From IMG/VR virus record IMGVR_UViG_3300030329_005658, positions 8,565-72,564 of that record: 64,000 nucleotides of DNA; one strand, written 5' to 3'. A program made the translations under genes and the position numbers. Under the pieces are notes generated by a model that was not told where the DNA came from, ran no database searches, and worked only from the letters and a program-made list of their open reading frames with translations. The DNA comes from a virus. Every line of letters begins with the position of its first letter. Position 1 is the first letter of the stretch. Shown piece after piece: positions 46,399-55,966 of the stretch.

Positions 46399-46833
46399 AT
46401 GGCTAAATTAGGAAGATATGCTGCGAACCGTTTTAAAACAGAAGCGTTGGCGGCAAACAAGACCGTTGATGTTTCAGATTGCGGAACCATGTTCATGTAT
46501 AGTGAAACCGCTAGTTTTACAAGTATTCAGTTGCCAACCGTTGCCGAAGCAGGAGCAGGATGGTGGTGTCGTGTTGTTGTCACTTCAATGAATGGTGGTG
46601 CTGATGTTGATTGCTCTATTAAACAATCAACAAGCGACTCTAACAACATTGTTAAAGTTAGGTTCTTAGACGGCTCTGGTGGTTCGGTTACACAAACTGC
46701 TGGTGATGGTGTAACTATTATTGGAAATACTGCTGTCGTTGGTGATTATGTTGAGTTGTGGTGTGACGGAACAACTTGGCATGGTGTTGCTGTTTGTTCT
46801 GCCGCTGGTGGTCTTGTAAAGTATGACGCATAA
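46399..46833 (+). CDS. Putative capsid decoration protein
   Basis: Follows the MCP; CTATTTA at 46337; LP...GAGW...GDYVELWCDGTTW resembles the fibre C-terminal module. Confidence 0.55.
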   Translation: MAKLGRYAANRFKTEALAANKTVDVSDCGTMFMYSETASFTSIQLPTVAEAGAGWWCRVVVTSMNGGADVDCSIKQSTSDSNNIVKVRFLDGSGGSVTQTAGDGVTIIGNTAVVGDYVELWCDGTTWHGVAVCSAAGGLVKYDA

Positions 46834-46859
46834 TCCCTAATCTCCGCAACATTAAGACT

Positions 46860-46883
46860 AAGCTCACTTCGGTGGGCTTTTTC
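46860..46883 (+). terminator. Rho-independent terminator with cUUCGg loop
   Basis: AAGCTCAC-TTCG-GTGGGCTT + T run. Confidence 0.85.
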
Positions 46884-46964
46884 TATTTGGGGAATATCCA
46901 AAATTTTATTTTCGACCAATTTTCCAGATTTGAAACTAATTACAGAAGCTAACAAGGAGTTACC

Positions 46965-47369
46965 ATGGCTAAAAGATCACAACGCTTGAGGCGACAACAA
47001 AGAATCGAGCGAATAAAAGCAAGAGAGCAAGAGGCAAAAATGACAAAGGTTGTTGAAGACAATTCGGTCATTCTAGAGCGAATGAAAGACGTGTCAAATT
47101 CTTGTGACAAAATTTTACAAACTTTTAATATGGACGCAGACGTCATGGGCACTGATGAGGCCGATGTGACCGAGACAGCGGAAACTAACACCCCGTTATT
47201 GAAAGCCACCCAAACAGAGCCAGAATTAAAAGAAACCACACCTACTGTTCCAAATTTAAAGAAAATGACAAAGAAAAAACTAATCACTTTGGCGAAAGAA
47301 CAAAATATTAAGGTTTCCGCATCTATGACAAAGGCCAACATTATCAAGACCATCGAAGCCGAACAATAG
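46965..47369 (+). CDS. Hypothetical protein with C-terminal HeH/Rho-N-like domain
   Basis: LKKMTKKKLITLAKEQNIKVSASMTKANIIKTI. Confidence 0.65.
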   Translation: MAKRSQRLRRQQRIERIKAREQEAKMTKVVEDNSVILERMKDVSNSCDKILQTFNMDADVMGTDEADVTETAETNTPLLKATQTEPELKETTPTVPNLKKMTKKKLITLAKEQNIKVSASMTKANIIKTIEAEQ

Positions 47370-47405
47370 ATATAAGACTATTTACTTTGATTGGAGGTTT
47401 CATGA

Positions 47406-48653
47406 ATGTCATTACCAACTTTAACACCAACTTCGACAACTAGCGCAATTGTGCTTCCCATAACAGGGACAGCATCTAATGTAGCAGCAGCATGTCCTAT
47501 AGGATTTTATACCGCTTCAGCGGCATTTGTCACTGGGGCTGTGGCGCAAGTGGCCTTTACTTATAAAAAGTTAGGCGGAGATGTCCTTGATATTGAATTA
47601 AAAGAGCAAAATGTCTATGCTAATTACGAAGAGGCCGTATTAGAATATTCTTATATTGTAAACTTACATCAATCAAAAAACGTTTTGGGAACAGCGCTTG
47701 GAACAGAAACTGGGTCATTTAACCACAAGGGGGAAAGAACAGATAGCGGCACAAAAAATATTGAGTTAAAATATCCTAAGTTTAAATTCCAAACAGCGTT
47801 TAAGATATCGGATACCTTTTCTACAGAAGCAGGTGTCGGTGGCACCACTCCTATATATTCTGCCTCGTTCGCCCCTGTTAGTAATCAGCAGGATTATGAT
47901 TTACAAAGCATTGTAGAGACACTAGACACTGCTGGTGGTGCCACATTCTCCGGAAAAGTGGGAAATAAACGAGTTTTTGTGCGCCAGGTATACTATGTGA
48001 CCCCTCGACAGATGTGGAGATTTTACGGCTATTACGGCGGAATAAACGTGGTTGGCGATATGCATACTTATGGGCAATATGCTGACGATTCAACGTTCCA
48101 AGTTATACCTGCTTGGCATAACAAGGCCCAAGCAATTGCTTATGAAGACCACCTGTATACAAGAACAAGTCACTATTCATATGAGATCATCGATAATAAA
48201 TTAAGGATATATCCCACACCTACTAGCGTTTCACCAGAGAAATTTTGGTTTAGATTTTCAATTGATGAAAACCCGTTTACAGATGACGATGATGCCGGAC
48301 AGGATGGTGTCAATAATATGAACACACTTCCTTTTGAGAATATAGCGTACGAGAGTATTAATTCAATTGGCAAGCAGTGGATTCGAAGATTCTCTCTTGC
48401 TTTATCAAAAGAGACTCTTGGGCAAATTAGAGGGAAGTTTGGAGGCTCTATACCTATACCTGGCGATAATATTACACTTAATTCTGCTGATCTTTTGTCG
48501 CAAGCCAAAGACGAGCAAAATCAACTTAGAGATGAATTAAAAACACAACTTGACGAGATAACTTATCCAAAATTATTAGCCACTGATAACGAAATGACTG
48601 AGAATGCCAAAAATATATTAACTGATGTTCCTCTTAAGGTCTTTGTAGGATAA
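47406..48653 (+). CDS. Neck/head-tail adaptor protein (gp13-like)
   Basis: KLGGDVLDIEL, WIRRFSLALSKETLGQIRGKF..IPG..ITLN; synteny. Confidence 0.75.
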   Translation: MSLPTLTPTSTTSAIVLPITGTASNVAAACPIGFYTASAAFVTGAVAQVAFTYKKLGGDVLDIELKEQNVYANYEEAVLEYSYIVNLHQSKNVLGTALGTETGSFNHKGERTDSGTKNIELKYPKFKFQTAFKISDTFSTEAGVGGTTPIYSASFAPVSNQQDYDLQSIVETLDTAGGATFSGKVGNKRVFVRQVYYVTPRQMWRFYGYYGGINVVGDMHTYGQYADDSTFQVIPAWHNKAQAIAYEDHLYTRTSHYSYEIIDNKLRIYPTPTSVSPEKFWFRFSIDENPFTDDDDAGQDGVNNMNTLPFENIAYESINSIGKQWIRRFSLALSKETLGQIRGKFGGSIPIPGDNITLNSADLLSQAKDEQNQLRDELKTQLDEITYPKLLATDNEMTENAKNILTDVPLKVFVG

Positions 48654-48657
48654 TATA

Positions 48658-49149
48658 ATGTCTGATAACAAATGGAAAAAACCAAACCAACCGCCCCCAC
48701 CGCTGTTTTTGGGAGAAAAAGAGCGTGATCTTGTAAAGCAGGTCAATGATGAAATTATAGAAAGGGTCGTGGGGCAGCAAATACTATATTTTGCTATTGA
48801 CACAGATTATACAAATTACCATCACTTGTATGGCGAGGCTATGGAGAAAACTTTTCTCCCACCAATAAGGGTTCATGCCCTTGTAGAATACCAAGGTGTT
48901 GAGAGCACATATACAAGCAACATTGGTGTCGACAAGTTAACCAAAATTAGTGTTAAGTTTCATAAAAGGCGCTTAACAGAAGACCAGGATCTTTTTGTGA
49001 GGGAAGGCGACTTCGTTAGATACGGGGAGATATTTTACGAAGTTGTTAAGCTAATAGAGCCAAAATTACTCTTCGGACAACCGGAACACAGATTTGAAAT
49101 ACAAGCAGAATGCATAAGAGCAAGGGATGGATTATTTAATGCCAACTAA
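48658..49149 (+). CDS. Neck/head closure protein (gp14-like)
   Basis: LYGE, EGDFV..YEV..LFGQ; synteny. Confidence 0.65.
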   Translation: MSDNKWKKPNQPPPPLFLGEKERDLVKQVNDEIIERVVGQQILYFAIDTDYTNYHHLYGEAMEKTFLPPIRVHALVEYQGVESTYTSNIGVDKLTKISVKFHKRRLTEDQDLFVREGDFVRYGEIFYEVVKLIEPKLLFGQPEHRFEIQAECIRARDGLFNAN

Positions 49150-49960
49150 AAAGCAACTAAAACCCTCAACTATAGAGAATATTGATGTTGGATTTTACAA
49201 TTGGGTAAAAGAGGATATTAATATTTCTGTAAACACAAATGAGGGATATAAAAAAGTACCAGTCTTATGGCTAGGGGCAGAAAGGGCCTTTCAGATTAAA
49301 AACGATAAATTAATCAGAGACAGCGCAGGAAAATTAATTATGCCTCTCATGACTGTCCATAGAGATTCCATCTCAAAAGATCCCAATTTCAAAGGAACGT
49401 TTCAGGCACACATTGAAGAATTCAGCGATATTAAGGGTGGGGTTATTTCTGTTCACCAAGAAGTAAATCAAGAAAAAAGCAGAAATCTAGAAAATGCTGC
49501 CAAAGCAAAAATACTGAAGAACGCAAATGAAACTGGAACCAACAGGGAGGGGTTTAAAACCAAATCAGTTACGGTTTATAACAATTACAGCATGCCTATT
49601 CCGACTTATATCACGGTCATGTATACAATAACCCTCAGGGCCGAATATCAACAGCAAATGAATGATTTAATAACACCATTTATAATATCAACTGGTCAAA
49701 TTAATGGTTTCATTTTCAAAAACGACAACTGGCCCTACGAAGCGTTTATACAACAAGATTTTTCCGAAAATAAAAACTTAGAGAATATGGGCGAAGAAGA
49801 GCGCATGTTTGAGACTAAAGTACAAGTTAAGGTTTCGGGGTATTTAATTGGAGACCCCAATAATAGAGACAAACCCATATTAACTAAAAGAGAGAGCATT
49901 ATTAAAGTTGAAATAGGCTCAGAGCGAGCTATTATTGGTGATCCATTTGTAAAAAGATAG
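49139..49960 (+). CDS. Tail terminator/sheath stabiliser (gp15-like)
   Basis: KVPV, PLMTV, P.YITVMY.I..QQQMNDLI; precedes the sheath. Confidence 0.65.
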   Translation: MPTKKQLKPSTIENIDVGFYNWVKEDINISVNTNEGYKKVPVLWLGAERAFQIKNDKLIRDSAGKLIMPLMTVHRDSISKDPNFKGTFQAHIEEFSDIKGGVISVHQEVNQEKSRNLENAAKAKILKNANETGTNREGFKTKSVTVYNNYSMPIPTYITVMYTITLRAEYQQQMNDLITPFIISTGQINGFIFKNDNWPYEAFIQQDFSENKNLENMGEEERMFETKVQVKVSGYLIGDPNNRDKPILTKRESIIKVEIGSERAIIGDPFVKR

Positions 49961-50006
49961 AAATAAAATGCTTTTTTTATTAAAATGCGTTTACAGCAAT
50001 AAAGCA

Positions 50007-50013
50007 CTATTTA
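50007..50013 (+). promoter_or_regulatory. Putative late promoter CTATTTA
   Basis: Recurrent motif upstream of the sheath gene. Confidence 0.6.
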
Positions 50014-50044
50014 GTTTAGATAAAATTATAAGGAGAATATTTTA

Positions 50045-53000
50045 ATGGCTATTTCAGATTTCGATTTCAAGTCACCGGGTGTTCAAATCCGAGAGGTAGA
50101 CAAGTCTACTTTCCCACAAGCTCCAGACGAGCCAGGTATTGTAATCATTGGCAGGGCGCCTTCAGGCCCCGGAATGACTCCAGTTAAAGTTAATAGTTTA
50201 GAGCAATTTGAATTAATTTTCGGTAAGCCGATCAATGGTTTAAGCTCTGGAAAGGGTGACGTATATAGAAACGGGAATACACAGGGCCCCACATACGGGA
50301 TGTATGCTGCTAAGGCTTGGTTAGCCTCTGGTGAATCTCCTGTCACATTCATAAGATTGCTTGGTGAGGATAATGCTGAATCCACAGCCGCAGCAACAAA
50401 AGCCGGATGGAATTTAGGAGGAGCAGCGCTCCATACCAGTGCCCCAGAGTCCAATACTAGCGCGTATGGTCTTTTTGTAATGCCGTCGTCTTCGGCCACT
50501 GCGGATGGCAAAGGTACGTTGGCTGCGATTATTTACACAACTGGCTCCGCTTTGACTCTTAGCGGTACTGCTGTTGAGGGCAGTCCTGTTTCTGAGGCTG
50601 GTACTCTTATTAAATCAGTTGGCTCTAACAATTCTTTTATTTTGGATATTTGGGATGACGCTAGCACATTGAATGAATCTCTTACATTCCATTTTAATCC
50701 CGACAACAGAGATGGTTATATTAGAAATGTTCTCAATACAAATCCGCAAAGAATTTACACCACAAACTATGCCTCTTCAGAAGCTAAAACATATTTTCTT
50801 GGTGAGACTTTCGAAGAAAGCTATAATAGGTTCGCATCGGCGACAACTGCTGATAATTACGCAATGTTGTTGCCCCTGGAGTTAAAAAGTGGGGGCGCAT
50901 CCGACAACTTTATTAACCACCTAGGTGATGCTGCCGCTCCCAAAACAGGGTGGATCATTTCAAAAGATCCGAGTCCACAGGCTGCTTCATATGCTTCATG
51001 GAAAGCGGAAGATATGAAAAAGCTATTTAGAATTCATTCTCGTCATGACGGGGAGTGGATGCATAAATATCACATTAGAGTGACTGATTTGGCCATTGGG
51101 AACACCATAAACCCGGATTCGTCTTTTACAATTGAAGTTGTAAGAGGAGAAACCGTTGTTGAAAGATTCTCCAACCTTAATCTTAATGCGGAAAGCAGCA
51201 ACTTTGTTGCCAGAAGAATTGGAGATGCTAAACTGAATTGGGATACGGTGAATCGTGTATTTAATACGGAAGGCGAATTTCCAAATCGTTCAAACTATAT
51301 TAGAATTGAACAAAGTGATGCTCTGAAGGCCAATGCTCTTTCTGATGATTACGCAATTCCTTGGGGCTTTTATGGCCCTGCGAGACCAAAAGGCTTTACT
51401 TTGGTACAGGGCTCCAGCGGACCAAACGCGTTTGGAGATACAGTTAATGATGGCGCATCGGCAGCAGCCGCCAAAGTGACTCTTACTTTTGCCGGTCAGG
51501 CGCACGCAAACAATAATGATGAATTTAAGCTTACTGTGGATGGGATTGAATATAAGATTTTGGCGAATAATGGTGGCTCAACCGCTACGGATTGGTCCGC
51601 TGATGGGGCTAATTTCACTGCTACTATTGACGGATCACCGGGTAATGCCGAAGGTTATAGAGATGAAGTATTCGTTCTTGTAAACAAAATTGATACTGAT
51701 AACTGGGTTGCTGCAAAGCCTACCAGCACTTCGCTAACACTGACAGCCAAATCTACAGGGCCTGGATTTACTGTGACTTATTCTGAAACCACCGACGATA
51801 ATAATGCCCTTTCAGCGTCGGCAGTTGTTGGTGTAGACGATGACGATGTAACCAACGTATATATAAAAGGCAACGATGCGGTGCCAAAAACTGGTGGTAG
51901 TACTAATATTTTTGCGCAACTAGCAAATGATATGTCTGCCTCCTTTAGATTCCCAAGAATGAAATTGACAGAACAAAGCACAGCTAATGGTGCTGATTAC
52001 ACCAAGAACGATGATATGGGTGTCAGGCAAGCGTTCTCCACTGATAAGAAAAAGAATGCCGCTGGTGTTAAATATCGCGGCGATTACGGAGATCTCTGTA
52101 GGGAACAAGTCTTCGGGCTCCACAGTGATGCTGGTACAAATACAGAGCACTCTTTCATCTTTAGTATGGATGATGTTAAGTCTGATCCTACTAAAAGCGA
52201 TGGAACCAATACCGCAAGATGGTATTGGGCATCTGGCTCTCATGCTGCCGGAACAGCTTATACTTACCTTTCTGGTAGCAACAAGCTGCTTACTAACGGG
52301 CCAAGGTCGTTTAACATTCCTATTTTTGGTGGAAGGGACGGACTTGATATCACTCATGTAGATCCTTTTTCTAACCTTAATGTTTTGGCCACTGCTAATA
52401 TTTCTGAAACATCCCATTACGCATACAACTCTATCGCAAAAGCATTCGATATGCTTAGAGATGAAGAGCAACTTCCTGCTAGTCTTATTGCTATGCCTGG
52501 TCTTACAAACAATGCTCTATTAACTGAATTGGTTGAGATCGTCGAAACAAGAAAAGACACTATGGCGATTGTTGATTATGCCGATGGTTACAAGGAAAAG
52601 TATGAAAATAATGGCGCATTTGATACTTCTGGTGGAACGGTGGCAACCGTCAAAGACACCTCTGATACATTGGAGATTGATTCCTCAAGAGTAGCGACTT
52701 ACTTCCCAAGAGTTAGAATCACAGATGGAGCATTTAACTTCATTGCTCCTGCTTCTGTTGCTGCCATTGGCGCTTTGGCCTTTAACGACGCTAATTCTTC
52801 TGGTCCTTGGTTTGCTCCAGCAGGGTTTAACAGGGGTGGGCTTTCCATTCTTGGCGGACGAGATTCAGGGCTATCTGTTGTTAACACACTGAAAAATTTG
52901 ACCAAAGCCAATAGAGATGATTTGTACGATAGCCGATACCATATCAATCCTATTGCGAGATTCCCTGCGGTTGGTGAGATTGTAATCTTTGGTCAAAAGA

Positions 53001-53341
53001 CTCTGTATAAAGCAGAGCCGACTTCAGCGCTTACAAGAGTAAACGTAAGAAGGCTTTTGATTTATTTAAGAGAAAAGATAGGCGCAATCGCAGATACTGT
53101 ATTGTTTGAACAAAGTGTAGCAGCTACGTTTAATAACTTCTCAGCAAGAGTAAGAAGCGTCTTGGATGATGTCAAGTCTAATTTTGGTATCACGCAATAC
53201 AAAATTGACCTTGATGAAAGTCTAACTGCCGAGGCGCAAGATAAAAACATGATGTATGTCAAGATTTTTATCAAGCCTGCGCGCGCAATTGAGTTCATCG
53301 CTATCGATTTTATTATAAGTCGATCTGACGCAGAATTGTAA
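50045..53341 (+). CDS. Tail sheath protein (gp18-like)
   Basis: SPGVQIREVD, PWFAPAGFNRG, INPI, IFGQKTL, RVNVRRLL, IKPARAIEFI. Confidence 0.95.
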   Translation: MAISDFDFKSPGVQIREVDKSTFPQAPDEPGIVIIGRAPSGPGMTPVKVNSLEQFELIFGKPINGLSSGKGDVYRNGNTQGPTYGMYAAKAWLASGESPVTFIRLLGEDNAESTAAATKAGWNLGGAALHTSAPESNTSAYGLFVMPSSSATADGKGTLAAIIYTTGSALTLSGTAVEGSPVSEAGTLIKSVGSNNSFILDIWDDASTLNESLTFHFNPDNRDGYIRNVLNTNPQRIYTTNYASSEAKTYFLGETFEESYNRFASATTADNYAMLLPLELKSGGASDNFINHLGDAAAPKTGWIISKDPSPQAASYASWKAEDMKKLFRIHSRHDGEWMHKYHIRVTDLAIGNTINPDSSFTIEVVRGETVVERFSNLNLNAESSNFVARRIGDAKLNWDTVNRVFNTEGEFPNRSNYIRIEQSDALKANALSDDYAIPWGFYGPARPKGFTLVQGSSGPNAFGDTVNDGASAAAAKVTLTFAGQAHANNNDEFKLTVDGIEYKILANNGGSTATDWSADGANFTATIDGSPGNAEGYRDEVFVLVNKIDTDNWVAAKPTSTSLTLTAKSTGPGFTVTYSETTDDNNALSASAVVGVDDDDVTNVYIKGNDAVPKTGGSTNIFAQLANDMSASFRFPRMKLTEQSTANGADYTKNDDMGVRQAFSTDKKKNAAGVKYRGDYGDLCREQVFGLHSDAGTNTEHSFIFSMDDVKSDPTKSDGTNTARWYWASGSHAAGTAYTYLSGSNKLLTNGPRSFNIPIFGGRDGLDITHVDPFSNLNVLATANISETSHYAYNSIAKAFDMLRDEEQLPASLIAMPGLTNNALLTELVEIVETRKDTMAIVDYADGYKEKYENNGAFDTSGGTVATVKDTSDTLEIDSSRVATYFPRVRITDGAFNFIAPASVAAIGALAFNDANSSGPWFAPAGFNRGGLSILGGRDSGLSVVNTLKNLTKANRDDLYDSRYHINPIARFPAVGEIVIFGQKTLYKAEPTSALTRVNVRRLLIYLREKIGAIADTVLFEQSVAATFNNFSARVRSVLDDVKSNFGITQYKIDLDESLTAEAQDKNMMYVKIFIKPARAIEFIAIDFIISRSDAEL

Positions 53342-53381
53342 TCTGTGTACTATTTAAAGTAAAAGTAGGAGATTTTTTAAT

Positions 53382-53969
53382 ATGGCATTTTGGCACACGG
53401 GTGATGTAGAGCCCAAAAGAAATTATAGGTTTTTAGTAGAACTTGGAGCTACCACCGACAGCATGGGCGGTACCCAATGGTGGGCAAAAACCTGCGATAC
53501 TCCCTCTTGGGATGTTAGCGAGGTCGAGCACAATTTCTATGATAATAAGTATTATTATCCTGGTCGTGTTTCGTGGAATGAGATCTCAATGACTGTTGTT
53601 GACCCCAAGGCAACTAATGTTGTTTGGAAACTTAACAAAACTCTCCAGAAAGGAAATTATAATATTAAGGATGAAGCGGACGTAAACGACGCTCCAACGT
53701 CGATGTCGAAACCTTCTATGAACGGGGCCCTGGGCCAAGTGACTATAACTGTTTATGATGCTGAGGGCAACCAGGTAGAAAAGTGGACACTTAAAAACGC
53801 ATGGTTGAAATCCGCTAAATTCGGAACACTAGACTATAGTAGCGACGAATTAAAGCAAGTAGATTTAACAATTAGATATGACTGGTGTCTTGTACAAGGA
53901 GAAACCGGCGGAGAAACAATACATGATAACGGCTCTGCGCCATCAGGTCCAGGCACACCAACAATATAG
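53382..53969 (+). CDS. Tail tube protein 1 (gp19-like)
   Basis: EPKRNYRF, YPGRVSW, WTLKNAW..FGTLDYS..LTIRYDW; CTATTTA at 53350. Confidence 0.85.
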   Translation: MAFWHTGDVEPKRNYRFLVELGATTDSMGGTQWWAKTCDTPSWDVSEVEHNFYDNKYYYPGRVSWNEISMTVVDPKATNVVWKLNKTLQKGNYNIKDEADVNDAPTSMSKPSMNGALGQVTITVYDAEGNQVEKWTLKNAWLKSAKFGTLDYSSDELKQVDLTIRYDWCLVQGETGGETIHDNGSAPSGPGTPTI

Positions 53970-53978
53970 AGGTAAGTA

Positions 53979-54497
53979 ATGGCCTTCTGGAATTTAGGCG
54001 ACGTAACACCAGTTAGAAAATATAGATTTTCCTTTTCGCTGGGTGGCTCCAATAAAGAGAAAGAGCAGACTCCATGGTGGTGGGCGAAAACCGTTTCAAA
54101 GCCCTCATATGAGGTTAATACGTCCGAATACCAACTGATTAATCATAAATTTAAATATCCTGGTGTTTTAGTGTGGCAGGATGTTAATATTGTTATTGTT
54201 GATGTTGGCGGAAAAGCCAAATCCCTTATGGATGAAATAAAAGGTTTTGGATATAAAAAGCCTACTGATAAGTCAAAAGGCATTGAGAAGCAAAAAGCGA
54301 ATTGTAATATTATTCAATACGATGATCAAGGGGCCTCCATCGAAAAATGGACTTTGAATAATGTGTTCATTAAATCAATTAATTTTGGAGATTTGGATTA
54401 TTCAAGCGATGAATTTGTTGAATTACAGCTAACTTTAATGTATGATTGGGCTGAGCTTGAATCGGCAGACTCTAAAGATAAAAAAACAACTAAATAA
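53979..54497 (+). CDS. Tail tube protein 2 (paralogue)
   Basis: MAFW..P.RKYRF, WWAKT, YPG..W, FGDLDYSSDE, YDW shared with tube 1. Confidence 0.85.
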   Translation: MAFWNLGDVTPVRKYRFSFSLGGSNKEKEQTPWWWAKTVSKPSYEVNTSEYQLINHKFKYPGVLVWQDVNIVIVDVGGKAKSLMDEIKGFGYKKPTDKSKGIEKQKANCNIIQYDDQGASIEKWTLNNVFIKSINFGDLDYSSDEFVELQLTLMYDWAELESADSKDKKTTK

Positions 54498-54508
54498 CAG
54501 GAGTTTAA

Positions 54509-55357
54509 ATGAGTAGAAATAGTAGCAGACTTGGGGCAGAGCAACCACAAAACTCTGACGCACCTCCAAGGGAAAAGTCTTTTGACCCTCTGCATTTTGT
54601 AGCACCAACGGAGTTTGTAGAACTCCCGTCGAAAGGAATGGGGTATCCTGAAAACCACCCACTACACAACCAAGAAACAGTCGAGATAAGATACATGACT
54701 GCTAAAGACGAAGACATTTTGTCCTCAAGGGCTTTGCTAAAAAAGGGTGTCGCTCTTGAGAGGTTTATGGAAAATATCATTGTTGACAAGAGCATCAAAC
54801 CAGAAGGGCTTTTGACTGGAGACCGCAATGCTATAATCATTGCTGCTCGCGTTTCTGGATATGGGTCCAATTACGAAACCTTGGTTACTTGTCCAGCTTG
54901 CGGATCAAAGGAGACGTATTCATTTGATCTAAATAACAGAAAGGTCCATGAACCAACATTCACTGACGAGTTGAACATCACCAAGACTGAGAACGGAACG
55001 TTCACCACAGTCATGCCGCATACCAAATTTAATGTTGAATTTAAATTGCTGCGAGGACAAGACGAAACGTATCTTGCGACGCTACTTGAAGACAAGAGAA
55101 GAAGGAAGATTGTGGAAAGCGCACTCTCTGATCAATACAGGACGATGATCGTCTCGATTGAGGGGCACACAGATGGAGCAATCATCAACAGGTATGTTCA
55201 GAATATGCCGACCCTTGACTCTCGACATCTCCGGATGTGTTATAAAATGATGTCTCCAGATGTCAAAATCGAAAACAATTTTGTATGCTCCACTTGCGAT
55301 CATGCTGAGGAGGTAAATGTTCCGTTCGGAACGGACTTTTTTTGGCCTGACCGATAA
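54509..55357 (+). CDS. Baseplate hub assembly/tail assembly chaperone (gp26-like)
   Basis: VELPSKG, YMTAKDEDIL, CPAC, CSTC; ends FFWP. Confidence 0.75.
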   Translation: MSRNSSRLGAEQPQNSDAPPREKSFDPLHFVAPTEFVELPSKGMGYPENHPLHNQETVEIRYMTAKDEDILSSRALLKKGVALERFMENIIVDKSIKPEGLLTGDRNAIIIAARVSGYGSNYETLVTCPACGSKETYSFDLNNRKVHEPTFTDELNITKTENGTFTTVMPHTKFNVEFKLLRGQDETYLATLLEDKRRRKIVESALSDQYRTMIVSIEGHTDGAIINRYVQNMPTLDSRHLRMCYKMMSPDVKIENNFVCSTCDHAEEVNVPFGTDFFWPDR

Positions 55358-55532
55358 GTACCAAGAAGCATTGTATGAGCAATTCTTTTTGCTCAAGCAC
55401 TTTGGGGGATGGTCATTAATGGAATTATATAATCTCCCAGTTGGTTTAAGGCTTTGGTTTTTAAAGCGCCTTGAGAGGCAATTTGAAGAAGAAAAGAAAG
55501 AAATGGAAAAAGCAAAAAAGCGAAGCAGATAA
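55317..55532 (+). CDS. Small tail/baseplate assembly chaperone (gp51/GT-like)
   Basis: WSLMELYNLPVGLRLWFLKRL; overlaps the upstream gene across a T7 run. Confidence 0.7.
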   Translation: MFRSERTFFGLTDKYQEALYEQFFLLKHFGGWSLMELYNLPVGLRLWFLKRLERQFEEEKKEMEKAKKRSR

Positions 55533-55556
55533 ATGCCCTTTATGGGCATTTTTTTG
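55531..55556 (+). terminator. Rho-independent terminator
   Basis: AAATGCCC-TTTAT-GGGCATTT + T run; CTATTTA follows at 55563. Confidence 0.75.
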
Positions 55557-55591
55557 TTTAGACTATTTATCTTTGATTGAGGGATTATAAT

Positions 55592-55963
55592 ATGAAAAAT
55601 AAGAAGTTATTGAAAGAATCATGGCTTAAGATGTTTGGAGAGTGGAACAAGACGCTCTTAAAGTACATGTATGGCGATGATGTCAAGATGATGGCTAAAT
55701 TGAAAGAACCGGAATTGGCTGATTTGATGAAAGAAGATGATGAAGACGAGGCGCCAAAGTTGAAATTCTCAATAACCGGGAAAAAAAGAGATGTTAAGGC
55801 ATATGCTGACGCTATTGTATCAGAGAAAAATTACTTGGACGCGTACATCGAATATGGCAAAGAACACCCCCAAACAGTTAAGACAAGAGAGATTCTTGAC
55901 CAGGCAGTGAGAGAGTTCGAAGGAACCACAGGTATTATGTGGCCCTTTAAAGACGAGGAATAA
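55592..55963 (+). CDS. Hypothetical protein
   Basis: ATG at 55592 after GAGGG; late motif upstream. Confidence 0.65.
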   Translation: MKNKKLLKESWLKMFGEWNKTLLKYMYGDDVKMMAKLKEPELADLMKEDDEDEAPKLKFSITGKKRDVKAYADAIVSEKNYLDAYIEYGKEHPQTVKTREILDQAVREFEGTTGIMWPFKDEE

Positions 55964-55966
55964 TGA

